Under the pieces are notes generated by a model. That model had not been told where the DNA came from. It was given only the letters and a program-made list of their open reading frames with translations, and made no database searches. This document shows, piece by piece, positions 9,716-20,165 of a DNA stretch of 64,000 nt. This DNA is from Alphaproteobacteria bacterium (GTDB lineage Bacteria > Pseudomonadota > Alphaproteobacteria > RF32 > CAG-239). A program made the position numbers and the translations under genes. How positions within the stretch are numbered: position 1 is the stretch's first letter; every line of letters begins with the position of its first letter. The stretch covers positions 250,493 to 314,492 of the forward strand of contig SUUK01000002.1 of assembly GCA_015062535.1 (NCBI GenBank). Direction: 5' to 3'.

Positions 9716-10021
9716 ATGTCAAAAACAAGTTCAGTATACAGAAACTTGAAGCGCGTAAAGATGGTTGCAAAATATGCAAATGTACGTGCTAAGTTAAAAG
9801 CCATTGCTGATGATAAGAATGCTTCTGAAGAAGATAGATTTCAAGCTACTTTGAAATTAGCAGCGTTACCTCGTAACTCTTCAAAGGTTAGAGTAAGAAA
9901 CCGTTGTAAAGTTACAGGTCGTTCACGTAGTTACAACAGAAAATTTGGTGTTAGCCGTGTTGAATTAAGAGACATGGCAAGCTTCGGCGAAATACCAGGT
10001 TTAGTAAAATCAAGCTGGTAA
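9716..10021 (+). CDS. rpsN: 30S ribosomal protein S14 (101 aa, non-zinc type)
   Basis: [24 protein letters not shown]. Confidence 0.98.
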   Translation: MSKTSSVYRNLKRVKMVAKYANVRAKLKAIADDKNASEEDRFQATLKLAALPRNSSKVRVRNRCKVTGRSRSYNRKFGVSRVELRDMASFGEIPGLVKSSW

Positions 10022-10033
10022 GGAGTTGATATT

Positions 10034-10432
10034 ATGTCTATGACTGATCCTTTGGGCGATATGCTCACACGCATTAGAAACGCACAAAGAGCGAAGAAAA
10101 GTGATGTTGTATCACCTGCATCTCGCTTGCGTGAAAATGTATTAGAAGTTTTGAAAAGAGAAGGTTACATTTTAGGTTATGAAAAAGTAAATGTACGTTC
10201 TGGTATTGATGAACTTCATATTCAATTAAAGTACCATGAAGGTACTGGTGTAATTACTGAAATTTACCGCGTGTCTACTCCAGGCCGTAGAGTATATTCC
10301 AGTGTTCGTGACTTGCCAAGAGTTTATAATGGTCTCGGTATTTCTATCGTTTCTACTCCAAAAGGTGTTATGAGCGATAACGAAGCTAGAAAAGCAAACG
10401 TTGGCGGCGAAATTTTGTGTCAAGTTTTCTAG
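10034..10432 (+). CDS. rpsH: 30S ribosomal protein S8
   Basis: [21 protein letters not shown]. Confidence 0.99.
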   Translation: MSMTDPLGDMLTRIRNAQRAKKSDVVSPASRLRENVLEVLKREGYILGYEKVNVRSGIDELHIQLKYHEGTGVITEIYRVSTPGRRVYSSVRDLPRVYNGLGISIVSTPKGVMSDNEARKANVGGEILCQVF

Positions 10433-10443
10433 GGAGATAACGG

Positions 10444-10980
10444 ATGTCAAGAGTAGGAAAATATCCGGTAATTATCCCGGAAGGTGTTAACGCTTCCATC
10501 AATGGAAATGTTGTTAACGTAAAAGGAAAATTAGGTGAATTAAGTTTTGCATTTGATGATTCATATGTAAGTGTTGAATTGAATGAAGGCAAAATTGTTG
10601 TAACACCTCATTCTCAAAGCCGTACAGCTAGAACATTATGGGGTACAACTCGTGCACAAATTAACTCAATTGTTAAAGGTGTTAGCGTTGGTTACTCTAA
10701 AAGCATTGAATTATTCGGCGTTGGTTACAAAGCCCGCATGGACGGTAAAAACGTTGTTTTGAGTTTAGGCTTTTCTCATGATGTTCCATTTGAAACACCA
10801 AAAGGCATTACAATTGTTTGCGAAAGCCCAACTGTATTAAAAGTTAGCGGTGTAGATAAACAATTAGTAGGTCAAGTTGCGGCAGAAATTCGTAAATACA
10901 GAAAACCTGAACCTTACAAAGGAAAAGGTATCCGTATTGACAACGAATATGTACGTCGTAAAGAAGGCAAGAAGAAATAG
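10444..10980 (+). CDS. rplF: 50S ribosomal protein L6
   Basis: [15 protein letters not shown]. Confidence 0.99.
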   Translation: MSRVGKYPVIIPEGVNASINGNVVNVKGKLGELSFAFDDSYVSVELNEGKIVVTPHSQSRTARTLWGTTRAQINSIVKGVSVGYSKSIELFGVGYKARMDGKNVVLSLGFSHDVPFETPKGITIVCESPTVLKVSGVDKQLVGQVAAEIRKYRKPEPYKGKGIRIDNEYVRRKEGKKK

Positions 10981-10991
10981 GATGTAAAGCA

Positions 10992-11354
10992 ATGAATACA
11001 CCAAGAAAATTATATGAAAAAAGAAGAGCTCGTGTAAGAACAGCTTTGAAGGCTGCTGCTAATGGAAAGATGAGATTATCTGTATTTCGCAGTGGCAAAC
11101 ATATCTATGCACAAGTTATAGATGATGTTAAAGGTGCAACAGTTGCTTCTGCTTCTACTTTGGATAAAGAAGTAAGAGCTAACATTACTAAGACTTCAAA
11201 TATTGAAGCTGCTCAGTATGTTGGTAAAGTTGTTGCTGAGCGCGCCGTTAAGAATGGCGTTAGCGAAGTTGTGTTTGACCGTGGCGGTTATGTATATCAT
11301 GGCCGTGTGAAGGCTTTAGCAGATTCTGCTCGTGAAGCCGGATTGAAGTTTTAG
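10992..11354 (+). CDS. rplR: 50S ribosomal protein L18
   Basis: [24 protein letters not shown]. Confidence 0.99.
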   Translation: MNTPRKLYEKRRARVRTALKAAANGKMRLSVFRSGKHIYAQVIDDVKGATVASASTLDKEVRANITKTSNIEAAQYVGKVVAERAVKNGVSEVVFDRGGYVYHGRVKALADSAREAGLKF

Positions 11355-11363
11355 GAGGTTATC

Positions 11364-11930
11364 ATGGCACAATCTTTAGATCGTCATAATAAGGCAGAAA
11401 AGAAAGAAGAATTGGTTGAGAAACTCGTTTTCGTAAACCGCGTAGCAAAAACCGTAAAAGGTGGACGTACAATGTCTTTTGCTGCTTTGGTAGTTGTTGG
11501 TGACCAAAAAGGTCGTATCGGATTTGGTTCTGGTAAGGCTGCTGAGGTTCCTGAAGCTATTGTTAAAGCTACTAACGAAGCTAAGAAGAACATGGTTCGT
11601 ATCCCACTTCGTGAAGGTAGAACACTTCACCATGATATTACAGGTCGTTTCGGCGCTGGTAAAGTGGTATTAAGAAGTGCTCCTGCCGGTACTGGTGTGA
11701 TTGCCGGTGGTCCTATGCGTGCAGTATTTGAAGTATTGGGCGTTCAGGACGTTGTTGCGAAATCATTAGGTTCTAACAACCCTTACAATATGATTAAAGC
11801 TACTTTTGTTGCTTTACAATCAATCAACAGCCCACGTATGGTTGCTGCTAAACGTGGTAAAAAAGTTGGTGACATTGTAAGTCGTCGTGAGAACACTTCT
11901 AACGTTAAGATGGAAAAAGAGGAGGCTTAA
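11364..11930 (+). CDS. rpsE: 30S ribosomal protein S5
   Basis: [19 protein letters not shown]. Confidence 0.99.
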   Translation: MAQSLDRHNKAEKKEELVEKLVFVNRVAKTVKGGRTMSFAALVVVGDQKGRIGFGSGKAAEVPEAIVKATNEAKKNMVRIPLREGRTLHHDITGRFGAGKVVLRSAPAGTGVIAGGPMRAVFEVLGVQDVVAKSLGSNNPYNMIKATFVALQSINSPRMVAAKRGKKVGDIVSRRENTSNVKMEKEEA

Positions 11931-11932
11931 TC

Positions 11933-12118
11933 ATGGCTAGTAAAAAGACTGTTAAGGTTACTCAAGTAAAGAGTTCCATCGGCCACACTAAAGATCAAAT
12001 TGCGACTTTAAAAGGCCTTAAATTAAACAAAGTTGGTAGAACTTCTGAATTAGAAGATACATCAGCTGTTAGAGGTATGATTAGAAAGGTAGCTCACCTC
12101 GTTAAAGTTGAAGAATAA
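11933..12118 (+). CDS. rpmD: 50S ribosomal protein L30
   Basis: VTQVKSSIG...[13 protein letters not shown]. Confidence 0.96.
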   Translation: MASKKTVKVTQVKSSIGHTKDQIATLKGLKLNKVGRTSELEDTSAVRGMIRKVAHLVKVEE

Positions 12119-12234
12119 TTGCTTTTAAGGGTTAGGGGTAAAGTTTTATTTACCCCGAGCCCGGAAGTATATTCGGGCGACCTTAGAGTAAATTTTTTGA
12201 TATTTAACTAGAGTTATTTATAAAGGTGAAGAAA

Positions 12235-12690
12235 ATGAAACTTAATGAATTAAGAGATAACGAAGGCGCTACAAAGAACCGCATCCGCGTTGGTCGTGGT
12301 ATTGGTTCTGGCAAAGGTAAAACTGGTGGCCGTGGCGTTAAGGGTCAAAAATCTCGTTCTGGTGTTTCTATCCACGGTTTTGAAGGCGGTCAAATGCCTA
12401 TTTACCGTAGATTGCCAAAACGTGGTTTTAAAAACCCATTTGCAAAGACATTTGCAGTTGTTAACTTGGATACAATCCAAAAGGCAATTGATGCTGGTAA
12501 ATTGAATGCAAATGAAATTACAGAAGATAGCTTGATTGCTTCTAATGTTATTTCTAAAAAATTAGATGGTGTTCGTTTGCTTGCACGTGGTGCTTTAACT
12601 GTTGCTGTTAACATTACTGTTAATTCTGCTTCTAAAGCAGCTGTTGAAGCTGTTGAAAAAGCAGGTGGTAAAGTTACTGTTAACGCATAA
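12235..12690 (+). CDS. rplO: 50S ribosomal protein L15
   Basis: [21 protein letters not shown]. Confidence 0.99.
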   Translation: MKLNELRDNEGATKNRIRVGRGIGSGKGKTGGRGVKGQKSRSGVSIHGFEGGQMPIYRRLPKRGFKNPFAKTFAVVNLDTIQKAIDAGKLNANEITEDSLIASNVISKKLDGVRLLARGALTVAVNITVNSASKAAVEAVEKAGGKVTVNA

Positions 12691-12712
12691 TTTTAGCATT
12701 ATAGCGATTTAG

Positions 12713-12743
12713 AAAGGGTAGGCTTATTTGCCTACCTTTTTTT
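12713..12743 (+). terminator. Intrinsic terminator ending the ribosomal cluster after rplO
   Basis: AAAGGGTAGGC-TTATTT-GCCTACCTTT followed by a T-run. Confidence 0.85.
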
Positions 12744-12813
12744 GTATTTAAAAAAATTGTTGAAAAAAATAGGAGGTGGTTGTAGTTTGGAATAAAGTAA
12801 AAGAGGAGCATTG

Positions 12814-13281
12814 ATGATTGAAGTTTTTTATATAAATGAAAATGATATAAATGATGTTGCAGAACTATCATTTATAGTTGGGAAAATGCATGATGAGGCA
12901 TTGCCTAAATATTTTAATAAGACAACTAAAGCAGAGCATTTAAGAATTATTGAAAATATGATAAAAGATGAAAATGCTCAAATTTTGGTTGCGAAAAATA
13001 AAGAGCAAGTTGTAGGTTTTGCGTGTTTATGTGTACAGAAAAATGAACATAAGGGATATAAGGTTAATAAGATTGGATATATTTATAACTTTGGGGTTGA
13101 TGAAAGCTTTAGGTGCAAAGGTATTGGCAAAAAATTAGTTGAAAGTGCGATAGATTATTTTAAGGATAATGAATGTGAAGCGGTTGATTTAAATGTATTT
13201 ATGTTTAATAGAGGGGCTTTAGAATTTTATAAAAGTTTAGGTTTTGAAGTGATTGATGTTAATTTAAGGAAAATGTTGTAA
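12814..13281 (+). CDS. GNAT family N-acetyltransferase
   Basis: GVDESFRCKGIGKKL acetyl-CoA motif A; N..ALEFYKSLGF motif B. Confidence 0.9.
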   Translation: MIEVFYINENDINDVAELSFIVGKMHDEALPKYFNKTTKAEHLRIIENMIKDENAQILVAKNKEQVVGFACLCVQKNEHKGYKVNKIGYIYNFGVDESFRCKGIGKKLVESAIDYFKDNECEAVDLNVFMFNRGALEFYKSLGFEVIDVNLRKML

Positions 13282-13956
13282 ATGTTGATTAATAAAGCGT
13301 TTGATTTTATGGAAGAATGTCTTGGAGCAGATAACTCTGGACATGATGTTGAGCACATAAATAGAGTGGTAAAAAACGCTGAAAGAATTTTAGAATTTGA
13401 GAAAGATGCAGACAAAGATGTTGTGTTATTGAGTGCAATTTTGCATGATGTTGATGATTATAAATTAGGGGGAAATGGGGAGAATTTAGAGAGATTTTTT
13501 AGCGAAAATGATGTTGATGAAAATTTAAGAACAAAAATTAGCGATGTTATAGAAAATATTAGTTTTAGTAAAAGTGGTGAAAAGCCAGAATTTAGTTCGT
13601 TAGAACAAAAAATTGTTTCTGATGCAGATAAGCTTGATGCAATGGGGGCAATTGGGATTTGTAGAACAATTATGTATTCGGCTAAAACAAAAAGAAAATT
13701 GTTTGATGATAATGAATTTCCAAGCGAAAATTTAAGCAAAGAAGAGTATAAAAACAAAGATAGAAAGAACAATCATTCGATTAATCATTTTTTTGATAAG
13801 TTGTTGAAATTAAAAGGGGCTATGCAAACAAATGAGGGGAAAGTAGAGGCAGAAAAAAGACATAGATTTATGGTTATGTTTTTAAGAGAATTTTTTGATG
13901 AAGTTGATGCAAGCCAAAATTGGGGTGAAATTTTAAGTAAATTTGACAAAAAATAG
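13282..13956 (+). CDS. HD-domain phosphohydrolase
   Basis: SGHDVEHINRV, ILHDVDDYK, VSDADKLDAMGAIG, HFFDKLL. Confidence 0.9.
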   Translation: MLINKAFDFMEECLGADNSGHDVEHINRVVKNAERILEFEKDADKDVVLLSAILHDVDDYKLGGNGENLERFFSENDVDENLRTKISDVIENISFSKSGEKPEFSSLEQKIVSDADKLDAMGAIGICRTIMYSAKTKRKLFDDNEFPSENLSKEEYKNKDRKNNHSINHFFDKLLKLKGAMQTNEGKVEAEKRHRFMVMFLREFFDEVDASQNWGEILSKFDKK

Positions 13957-13975
13957 CTTTTGAGGGCGATTTTGT

Positions 13976-14125
13976 TTGACTAAGGGGCAATTTTGTGATA
14001 TATTTATAGTGTTTACAAATTATTGTCTCTATAGATATGGATGTGTTCTTAAGGCTATTGCTTTAAGGGTTTGTCTTTGTTTGTGAGGTAATGTTTGTGG
14101 CCGTCAATAGGAAAATCTTGTTGAT
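13976..14125 (+). promoter_or_regulatory. Sigma70 promoter plus long-hairpin leader of the 528-aa orphan
   Basis: TTGACT-17-TATATT; interrupted stem 14014-14099; second stem GTCAATAGGA/TCTTGTTGAT at 14103-14125. Confidence 0.55.
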
Positions 14126-14159
14126 GTAAATTTTATTTATTTTTTAAATTTTTAAAATT

Positions 14160-15746
14160 ATGAAGAAAAACATTCTTCGCGACATGTTTGTCGTATTGGC
14201 GAAAGCCATCGCACCCAATTGGGTAATTACTAACAAAACAAAGAAGTCAAACCCTGATGCTACTGACTGGCTTCTGGGCTATGACAAGGAAATGGCCTAC
14301 ATTGACAAGTATCAGCCAACTCCATCAGAGATGAAGGAGCGACTTTGGTCTGACAGAACAAGGTTGGAGATCTTGAAGCAGGAGAATCATACTCTTGTCG
14401 CAGACTGGAAGAGAGATGAGGAGTTTATGCTTCTTGTTGAGCGGGCGGATAAGCTTGGGGCTGATGTATTTTTCGAAGCTATTAACGGCAAGACACCTAG
14501 TGTCAAGCTGCTGAAGGCTATGATAAAGGCAATGCCTCAGACCACATTGATGAAAGTGGCTGACGTTAAGCCTCAGGCCTTTAACGACATGCGAGTGCAT
14601 GAAGTTTTGGGCTATGATGAGCCGGTATTTCTCCTCGACTCAGCTGAGAAGCTTGAGAAGAACTGGGCTCTTGCAAAGAGGCTTGTGGAGTATAGACCCA
14701 AACTCTGGGCAAAAGGCTTCTTGGATATTATCCTAGGTGAGACATCAGGTGATTATCAATCACTTTACACATGGCTCTTTTATGAGTGCATGAAACGAGG
14801 TGAGAACATGGTCAATCATGTTGCTTATACGTATAGCAAATATCCTGTGTTGTATGCTTATTTGAGAAGAAGTATGCTTCATAAGGAGGATGTTGCGGAA
14901 TATGTAAAAGTGATGTTGCCAAAGCTGATGGACTCGCTTACAACCTTAACCCCTGTTGAGCTTTGGACAAGAGCTGAAAAGCAAGATGATGCAGTAGAGG
15001 CATACTACTGGTATACTATTGCTTTAGGTAGAATCCAAGGTGGTGGAACCTATCCGTTTATGATGGGAAACCTTGGGAACTTCAAATCTCGTTTGGAGGC
15101 TGTTGAGTTTGCCTTACTCGTTTCATATCTCAGTGAGAATGCATGCAGTATTCCTGATATTGAGGCTCTATTGAAAGAGACTAAGAAGGATACTGATATT
15201 GACATTCTACACGAAAGAATGTGGAGTATCTCAAAAGGCAATGCTTCAACTATTGAGGAGGTTGCTAAAAAGTACTTCCCGTTTGAGGATTGGAAAAACA
15301 AAGGTGCGATGTACCGAAACATGGTTGTTCATAATCTTATGACACCCGAAAGGTTGAATAAGATATCAGATACTGATGTTAGGGCTAAAGTCATCGAAAT
15401 GATGCAGACAAAGGCTCAAACTGAAGTGCTGAAAAGAAATGACCATAATGAGTGGATCGCTCTTTTCGATGAGGGTGGTAAACTTACTCCTGAGGCAGAA
15501 TGCACTATGCTTTCTTGCCACTTCTACAGAGGTGAGGATAAGAAGTATTATATCAAGAAATATAAATTGTCCGAGAGGGCTTTTCGATATCTTCTTGATA
15601 TGAAGCCTGCCTCTATGAGCGAGGGATTTTCGTACCTTCTTACCTATGCACAGGCATATGGTTTGACAGAGGAAGAGTATCTTCTCGTTTTGCAGAGCCA
15701 GTATTTTGACAAGGCTCACTTTATTGTGAAGTTTGTCAAAAAGTAA
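14160..15746 (+). CDS. Hypothetical protein, probably alpha-helical, atypical codon usage
   Basis: 528-aa ORF with no recognisable motif; AAG/GAG-rich; no SD upstream. Confidence 0.8.
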   Translation: MKKNILRDMFVVLAKAIAPNWVITNKTKKSNPDATDWLLGYDKEMAYIDKYQPTPSEMKERLWSDRTRLEILKQENHTLVADWKRDEEFMLLVERADKLGADVFFEAINGKTPSVKLLKAMIKAMPQTTLMKVADVKPQAFNDMRVHEVLGYDEPVFLLDSAEKLEKNWALAKRLVEYRPKLWAKGFLDIILGETSGDYQSLYTWLFYECMKRGENMVNHVAYTYSKYPVLYAYLRRSMLHKEDVAEYVKVMLPKLMDSLTTLTPVELWTRAEKQDDAVEAYYWYTIALGRIQGGGTYPFMMGNLGNFKSRLEAVEFALLVSYLSENACSIPDIEALLKETKKDTDIDILHERMWSISKGNASTIEEVAKKYFPFEDWKNKGAMYRNMVVHNLMTPERLNKISDTDVRAKVIEMMQTKAQTEVLKRNDHNEWIALFDEGGKLTPEAECTMLSCHFYRGEDKKYYIKKYKLSERAFRYLLDMKPASMSEGFSYLLTYAQAYGLTEEEYLLVLQSQYFDKAHFIVKFVKK

Positions 15747-15772
15747 TGAACCAAGCTTTAAGAACATTAATT

Positions 15773-15797
15773 AGGGTGGCATTTGCCACCCTTTTTT
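15773..15797. terminator. Intrinsic terminator between convergent genes
   Basis: AGGGTGGCA/TGCCACCCT plus T-run. Confidence 0.75.
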
Positions 15798-17208
15798 ATT
15801 TGATTGGAAGGTATATTGAAAATTCGGTTATATTATCGCTTGATGATATGGTTATGTTGCCTTGATGACGTTTAATAATTTGTGAAACAATTGCAAGACC
15901 AAGACCTGTACCTTTTATGTTTTGGTTTTTATGAGTTTGCAGGCGATAGAAACGTTCTGTTAGGCGTTCTAAATCTTCTTTGGGAATAGTATTGCTATGG
16001 TTTTTTATGGTTATTTTTATTGCTTCGCCTTCTTTTACATCATAATAACGGTGAGGGGGGATGTGATCTGTCTTTTGAGTGGTTATGGTTATTTCGGTTG
16101 AAGGAAAAGCATATTTTACCGCATTATCCATAAGGTTTTGGAAAACTTGAGTTATTTGGTGAGTATCTCCTATAATGTGAGGAATACGAGCAAATTTAGT
16201 TGTTAGTTTTAGGTTGTTTTGCTTTAGTTTTAATTCTAGGGCAGATTTTATTTCTTTTATAATAGAATTAAGATTGGATTTTTCTGTTGGTGGAGTGTTT
16301 AGAGATAATTCTATTTTTGAAAGTGATAAAAGATTTTCAATAAGTGCTGTCATATATGAGGTTTGTTCTTGAATGATGTGTAAGAACTTTTCACGAGCTT
16401 TTTCATCATCTTTGGCAGAGGTTTGAAGAGTTTCTATAAAGCCTGATATAACAGATAAAGGGGTACGTAGCTCGTGTGAGGCATTGGCTACGAAATCTTG
16501 TTGAAGTTTTTCAAGCTGTAAAGCTTTTGATAAATCACTAAACAAAACAACCGCAACAATTTCACCTTTGGTAAACCAAGGAAGGGTTGTTATTTGTACA
16601 TATACTTTGGTTTTGTTTTTGGTGTTTAGTAGATTTAGGTTTAAATCTTCTTTTCGGCTTTGTCCGTTTAGAACTTTGGAAAGGGATATTTTTAATTTCT
16701 CATCATTAATGGTGGTTATAAAATCTACACCGTTTAGATCTTTGTTAAAAAGTTTTCTTGCAGCAAGGTTTGAACCTATGACAATACCATCTTTTGATAT
16801 CATAAAGAGTGGTTCTGGAAGAGTATCTAAAACGGCGGCATCTGAAAGGGTTCTGTTTTCTAGAGTTTCAGTTTTATCTGCCCAAAATTTGTGCATAGAG
16901 TTTATGGCGGTAATTAAGTTTTGGGTTTCTTTTTCGGTTAGGTTTTCTAAAAGAGTATCTTCTGTTGTGCCGGTTGAGAGTTTAGATATATATTTTTTTA
17001 TTTGTTGAATTTCGGTTGAGATAGGCATTAAGAATATCACATTAAAAAATATAACAGATATATATGAATATAATGCAAGGTAAACATCTAATACATTAAA
17101 TATGGCTAAAAGTAAAAAAATAGAGCCGGCTGGGATTGATAATATCAAAACTCTGGTTGCAAATCCGGAGTTTTTATCAATTCCAAGTAATTCATCATCA
17201 TTAAACAT
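15796..17208 (-). CDS. PhoR-like sensor histidine kinase
   Basis: Two N-terminal TM segments, PAS-like region, DFVANASHELRTPL H-box, NLMDNAVKY N-box, ERFYR, GTGLGLAIV. Confidence 0.88.
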   Translation of the reverse strand: MFNDDELLGIDKNSGFATRVLILSIPAGSIFLLLAIFNVLDVYLALYSYISVIFFNVIFLMPISTEIQQIKKYISKLSTGTTEDTLLENLTEKETQNLITAINSMHKFWADKTETLENRTLSDAAVLDTLPEPLFMISKDGIVIGSNLAARKLFNKDLNGVDFITTINDEKLKISLSKVLNGQSRKEDLNLNLLNTKNKTKVYVQITTLPWFTKGEIVAVVLFSDLSKALQLEKLQQDFVANASHELRTPLSVISGFIETLQTSAKDDEKAREKFLHIIQEQTSYMTALIENLLSLSKIELSLNTPPTEKSNLNSIIKEIKSALELKLKQNNLKLTTKFARIPHIIGDTHQITQVFQNLMDNAVKYAFPSTEITITTQKTDHIPPHRYYDVKEGEAIKITIKNHSNTIPKEDLERLTERFYRLQTHKNQNIKGTGLGLAIVSQIIKRHQGNITISSSDNITEFSIYLPIK

Positions 17209-17312
17209 TCTGATATCTCGAAAATTTTTGTGGACTGAAAAAGTTGGCTTTATTATATTTAGGCTTAGGTTTAGATTTAGTTAATTTATAGAGCTTTTAT
17301 GGATAAAAGAAA

Positions 17313-20087
17313 ATGACTACAGATACTTTAAGTGATGAAGAAATAATGAAATTATTAAAGGATGGTCCAAAAGCGCAAGTTTTTAATGAAAGAGCGACAT
17401 TTAAGGATACAGAAAATGTAAAAACAACTCCGGCTATGGATAGATATTTAGAATTAAAAAGAGAGCATTTTGAATATCTATTGTTTTATAGAATGGGAGA
17501 TTTTTATGAGCTCTTTTTTGATGATGCAGTAAAAGTATCTGAAGTTTTAGGTTTAACCTTAACAACAAGAAGTAAATTGGGTGATAAAGATATTCCTATG
17601 TGTGGAGTTCCTTTTCATGCATATGAGTTATATTTGGCTCGCTTGATAAAAATGGGATTTAAGGTAGCAATAGCTGAGCAAGTTGAAGATGCTAAAGAAG
17701 CTAAAAAAAGAAAAGGCGCTAGTGCTATTGTGAAGCGTGATGTTGTAAGACTTGTAACAGCAGGTACTCTTACTGAAGAAACATTGCTAGATGCAAAGAA
17801 AAATAACTATATCGTGGCAAGCTTTGTTAGAGAAAAGGAAATAGGTCTTGCTTGGGTTGATATTTCTACTGGTGCATTTTTTATGCAAAGAGTAGAAGTT
17901 GGTAGACAACGTCCAGTTGAGGTGTTGAGTTCTGCTTTGTCTAGATTTGAACCTGAAGAAGTTTTGTTTGATGATGCACTTCTTGAAAAGCCAGAGTATA
18001 TTCCTTTGTTTGGTGAATATAGAGATAAATTTGCAATGCGCTCTAAGACTTTGTATAACTATGATAGTGCAGTTAATACACTTCTTAAAGCTTATGGTGT
18101 ACAAACAATGCAGTCTTTTGGTGATTTTTCTAGATGCGAAATAATTGCTGCTGGTGTTTTGTTCTCATATATTGAAACAACTCAAAAAGGCAAAATGCCT
18201 AAGATGCAAATGCCAAAGCATATTGTTGGTGATGCAATTATGGAAGTTGATGGCAATACTAGACATAGTCTTGAAATTTTATCTCCAACAACACAAGGAG
18301 GGCTTAGTCTATTAAAGGTTATGGATAGAACTATTACAAGTTCTGGTGGTAGATTGCTTGCTGAAAGATTGGCAATGCCTTTGATGGATATTGGTAAGAT
18401 TAATGATAGGTTTGATTGCGTTTCTTTCTTTTTAGATAACCCAATGGTTAGACGTGAGGTTAGAGAGGTTTTACGTAGATGTATGGATGCAGAAAGAGCT
18501 ATTGGTCGTTTGGGAATTGAAAGAGGTGGTCCAAGAGATTTATATGATTTGGCGGTGACATTAAATGTTATTCCAAAGTTAAAAAATATAATTATTGGAT
18601 TTAAGACATATCAAAGAGATAGTATCTATGCATCAACACCTTTAAGTTTGTTTGAACTTGCAAATGAGTTTTATAACCACCAAGAACTGGTTATGGATAT
18701 ATTAGATAAATTAGTTATGGATAGAGAAAGACTTCCTTTATTACCTCGAAATGGTGGTTTTATTAGAGAAGATGCATATGCTCCTCTTGATTATCTTAGA
18801 AATATTAGAGGGTTAAGCGAAACAAAATCTGAAGAATTGCGCAAAAAATATGCAGAAATAACAGGTGTATCTGCTTTGAAGGTGAAAAATAACTCAATTA
18901 TTGGTTATTATGTTGAAGTTCCTTCTAAGAATGCAACGGCGCTTCTTGATGATAAGAGATTTATACATAAACAATCTGTTTTGAATGCTGTTCGCTTTAC
19001 AACAGAAGAATTGGAGGCTCTTGAAAGAGAAGTTATTAGTGCAGAAGAAGAAGCCTTAAAAATTGAGATAGAGATTTTTGAAAAAATAAGAGAATTTGCT
19101 TTAGGTCAGGCAAAACATATTATTCGCTCATCTGAAATTATTGCAGAAATTGATGTGGCAAGTGCTTTGGCAGAACTTGCTGCAGAGTGCAATTATGTTA
19201 GACCTGTTGTTGATAATAGCTTTGACTTTAATATTGAAGAGGGAAGACACCCTGTTGTTGAGGCTGCATTAAAAAGAGATGCAAAAGGTGGCTTTGTTGG
19301 AAATGATTGTAAGCTAAATTTTGATAATGATAGAATTTGGCTTTTAACTGGTCCTAATATGGCTGGTAAATCTACATTTTTGAGACAAAATGCTTTGATT
19401 GCAATTATGGCGCAGATGGGTAGTTTTGTGCCAGCTAAAAGTGCTAAGATTGGTGTGATTGATAAGGTATTTTCTAGAGTTGGGGCTAGTGATGATTTAT
19501 CAAGAGGACGTTCTACTTTTATGGTGGAGATGGTAGAAACGGCAGCTATTCTTAATCGTGCAACTAAGAGGTCGTTTGTGATACTTGATGAAATTGGAAG
19601 AGGAACAGCAACATTTGATGGCTTGTCTATTGCGTGGGCAGTTGTTGAACAATTGTCTGAGGTTAATAAATGTAGAACAATTTTTGCAACTCACTACCAT
19701 GAATTAACTAAGCTAAAAGATAGACTTGAGGCACTTAGCTTAAGATGTATGAAGATTAAAGAATATAATGGGGAGGTTATCTTTATGCATGAAGTAATAA
19801 GCGGGGCGGCAGATAGATCTTATGGTATTCATGTGGCAAAACTTGCAGGACTTCCAAGTTTGACAATTAATAGAGCAGAGCAGGTTTTAAGTCTGTTAGA
19901 GGAAGAAAAACAAAATAAAGTTATGAGTTCGGTTGAACTTGATTTACCATTGTTTGCAACCTTAAAAGAAGCAGAAAAAGAAGAAGAGCCAAACCCAGTT
20001 CTACTTGAGCTTGAAGACCTTGATGTTGATAGTTTAAGCCCAAGAGAAGCTTTAGATATGCTTTATAAATTAAAGGCAAAGTTATAA
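17313..20087 (+). CDS. mutS: DNA mismatch repair protein MutS
   Basis: FYRMGDFYELF, TGPNMAGKSTFLRQ, STFMVEM, DEIGRGT, FATHYHEL. Confidence 0.98.
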   Translation: MTTDTLSDEEIMKLLKDGPKAQVFNERATFKDTENVKTTPAMDRYLELKREHFEYLLFYRMGDFYELFFDDAVKVSEVLGLTLTTRSKLGDKDIPMCGVPFHAYELYLARLIKMGFKVAIAEQVEDAKEAKKRKGASAIVKRDVVRLVTAGTLTEETLLDAKKNNYIVASFVREKEIGLAWVDISTGAFFMQRVEVGRQRPVEVLSSALSRFEPEEVLFDDALLEKPEYIPLFGEYRDKFAMRSKTLYNYDSAVNTLLKAYGVQTMQSFGDFSRCEIIAAGVLFSYIETTQKGKMPKMQMPKHIVGDAIMEVDGNTRHSLEILSPTTQGGLSLLKVMDRTITSSGGRLLAERLAMPLMDIGKINDRFDCVSFFLDNPMVRREVREVLRRCMDAERAIGRLGIERGGPRDLYDLAVTLNVIPKLKNIIIGFKTYQRDSIYASTPLSLFELANEFYNHQELVMDILDKLVMDRERLPLLPRNGGFIREDAYAPLDYLRNIRGLSETKSEELRKKYAEITGVSALKVKNNSIIGYYVEVPSKNATALLDDKRFIHKQSVLNAVRFTTEELEALEREVISAEEEALKIEIEIFEKIREFALGQAKHIIRSSEIIAEIDVASALAELAAECNYVRPVVDNSFDFNIEEGRHPVVEAALKRDAKGGFVGNDCKLNFDNDRIWLLTGPNMAGKSTFLRQNALIAIMAQMGSFVPAKSAKIGVIDKVFSRVGASDDLSRGRSTFMVEMVETAAILNRATKRSFVILDEIGRGTATFDGLSIAWAVVEQLSEVNKCRTIFATHYHELTKLKDRLEALSLRCMKIKEYNGEVIFMHEVISGAADRSYGIHVAKLAGLPSLTINRAEQVLSLLEEEKQNKVMSSVELDLPLFATLKEAEKEEEPNPVLLELEDLDVDSLSPREALDMLYKLKAKL

Positions 20088-20165
20088 ATTTTTTGATAAA
20101 TATAGATGTTGAAATAATTTAGTATTTGTGCTAGTATATCAGAATGTACTAGCAGGAGGTTGTGT

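Noticed and set aside
3381-12614. Short antisense and alternate-frame ORFs inside the ribosomal cluster
   Set aside because: Shadows of strongly conserved genes.
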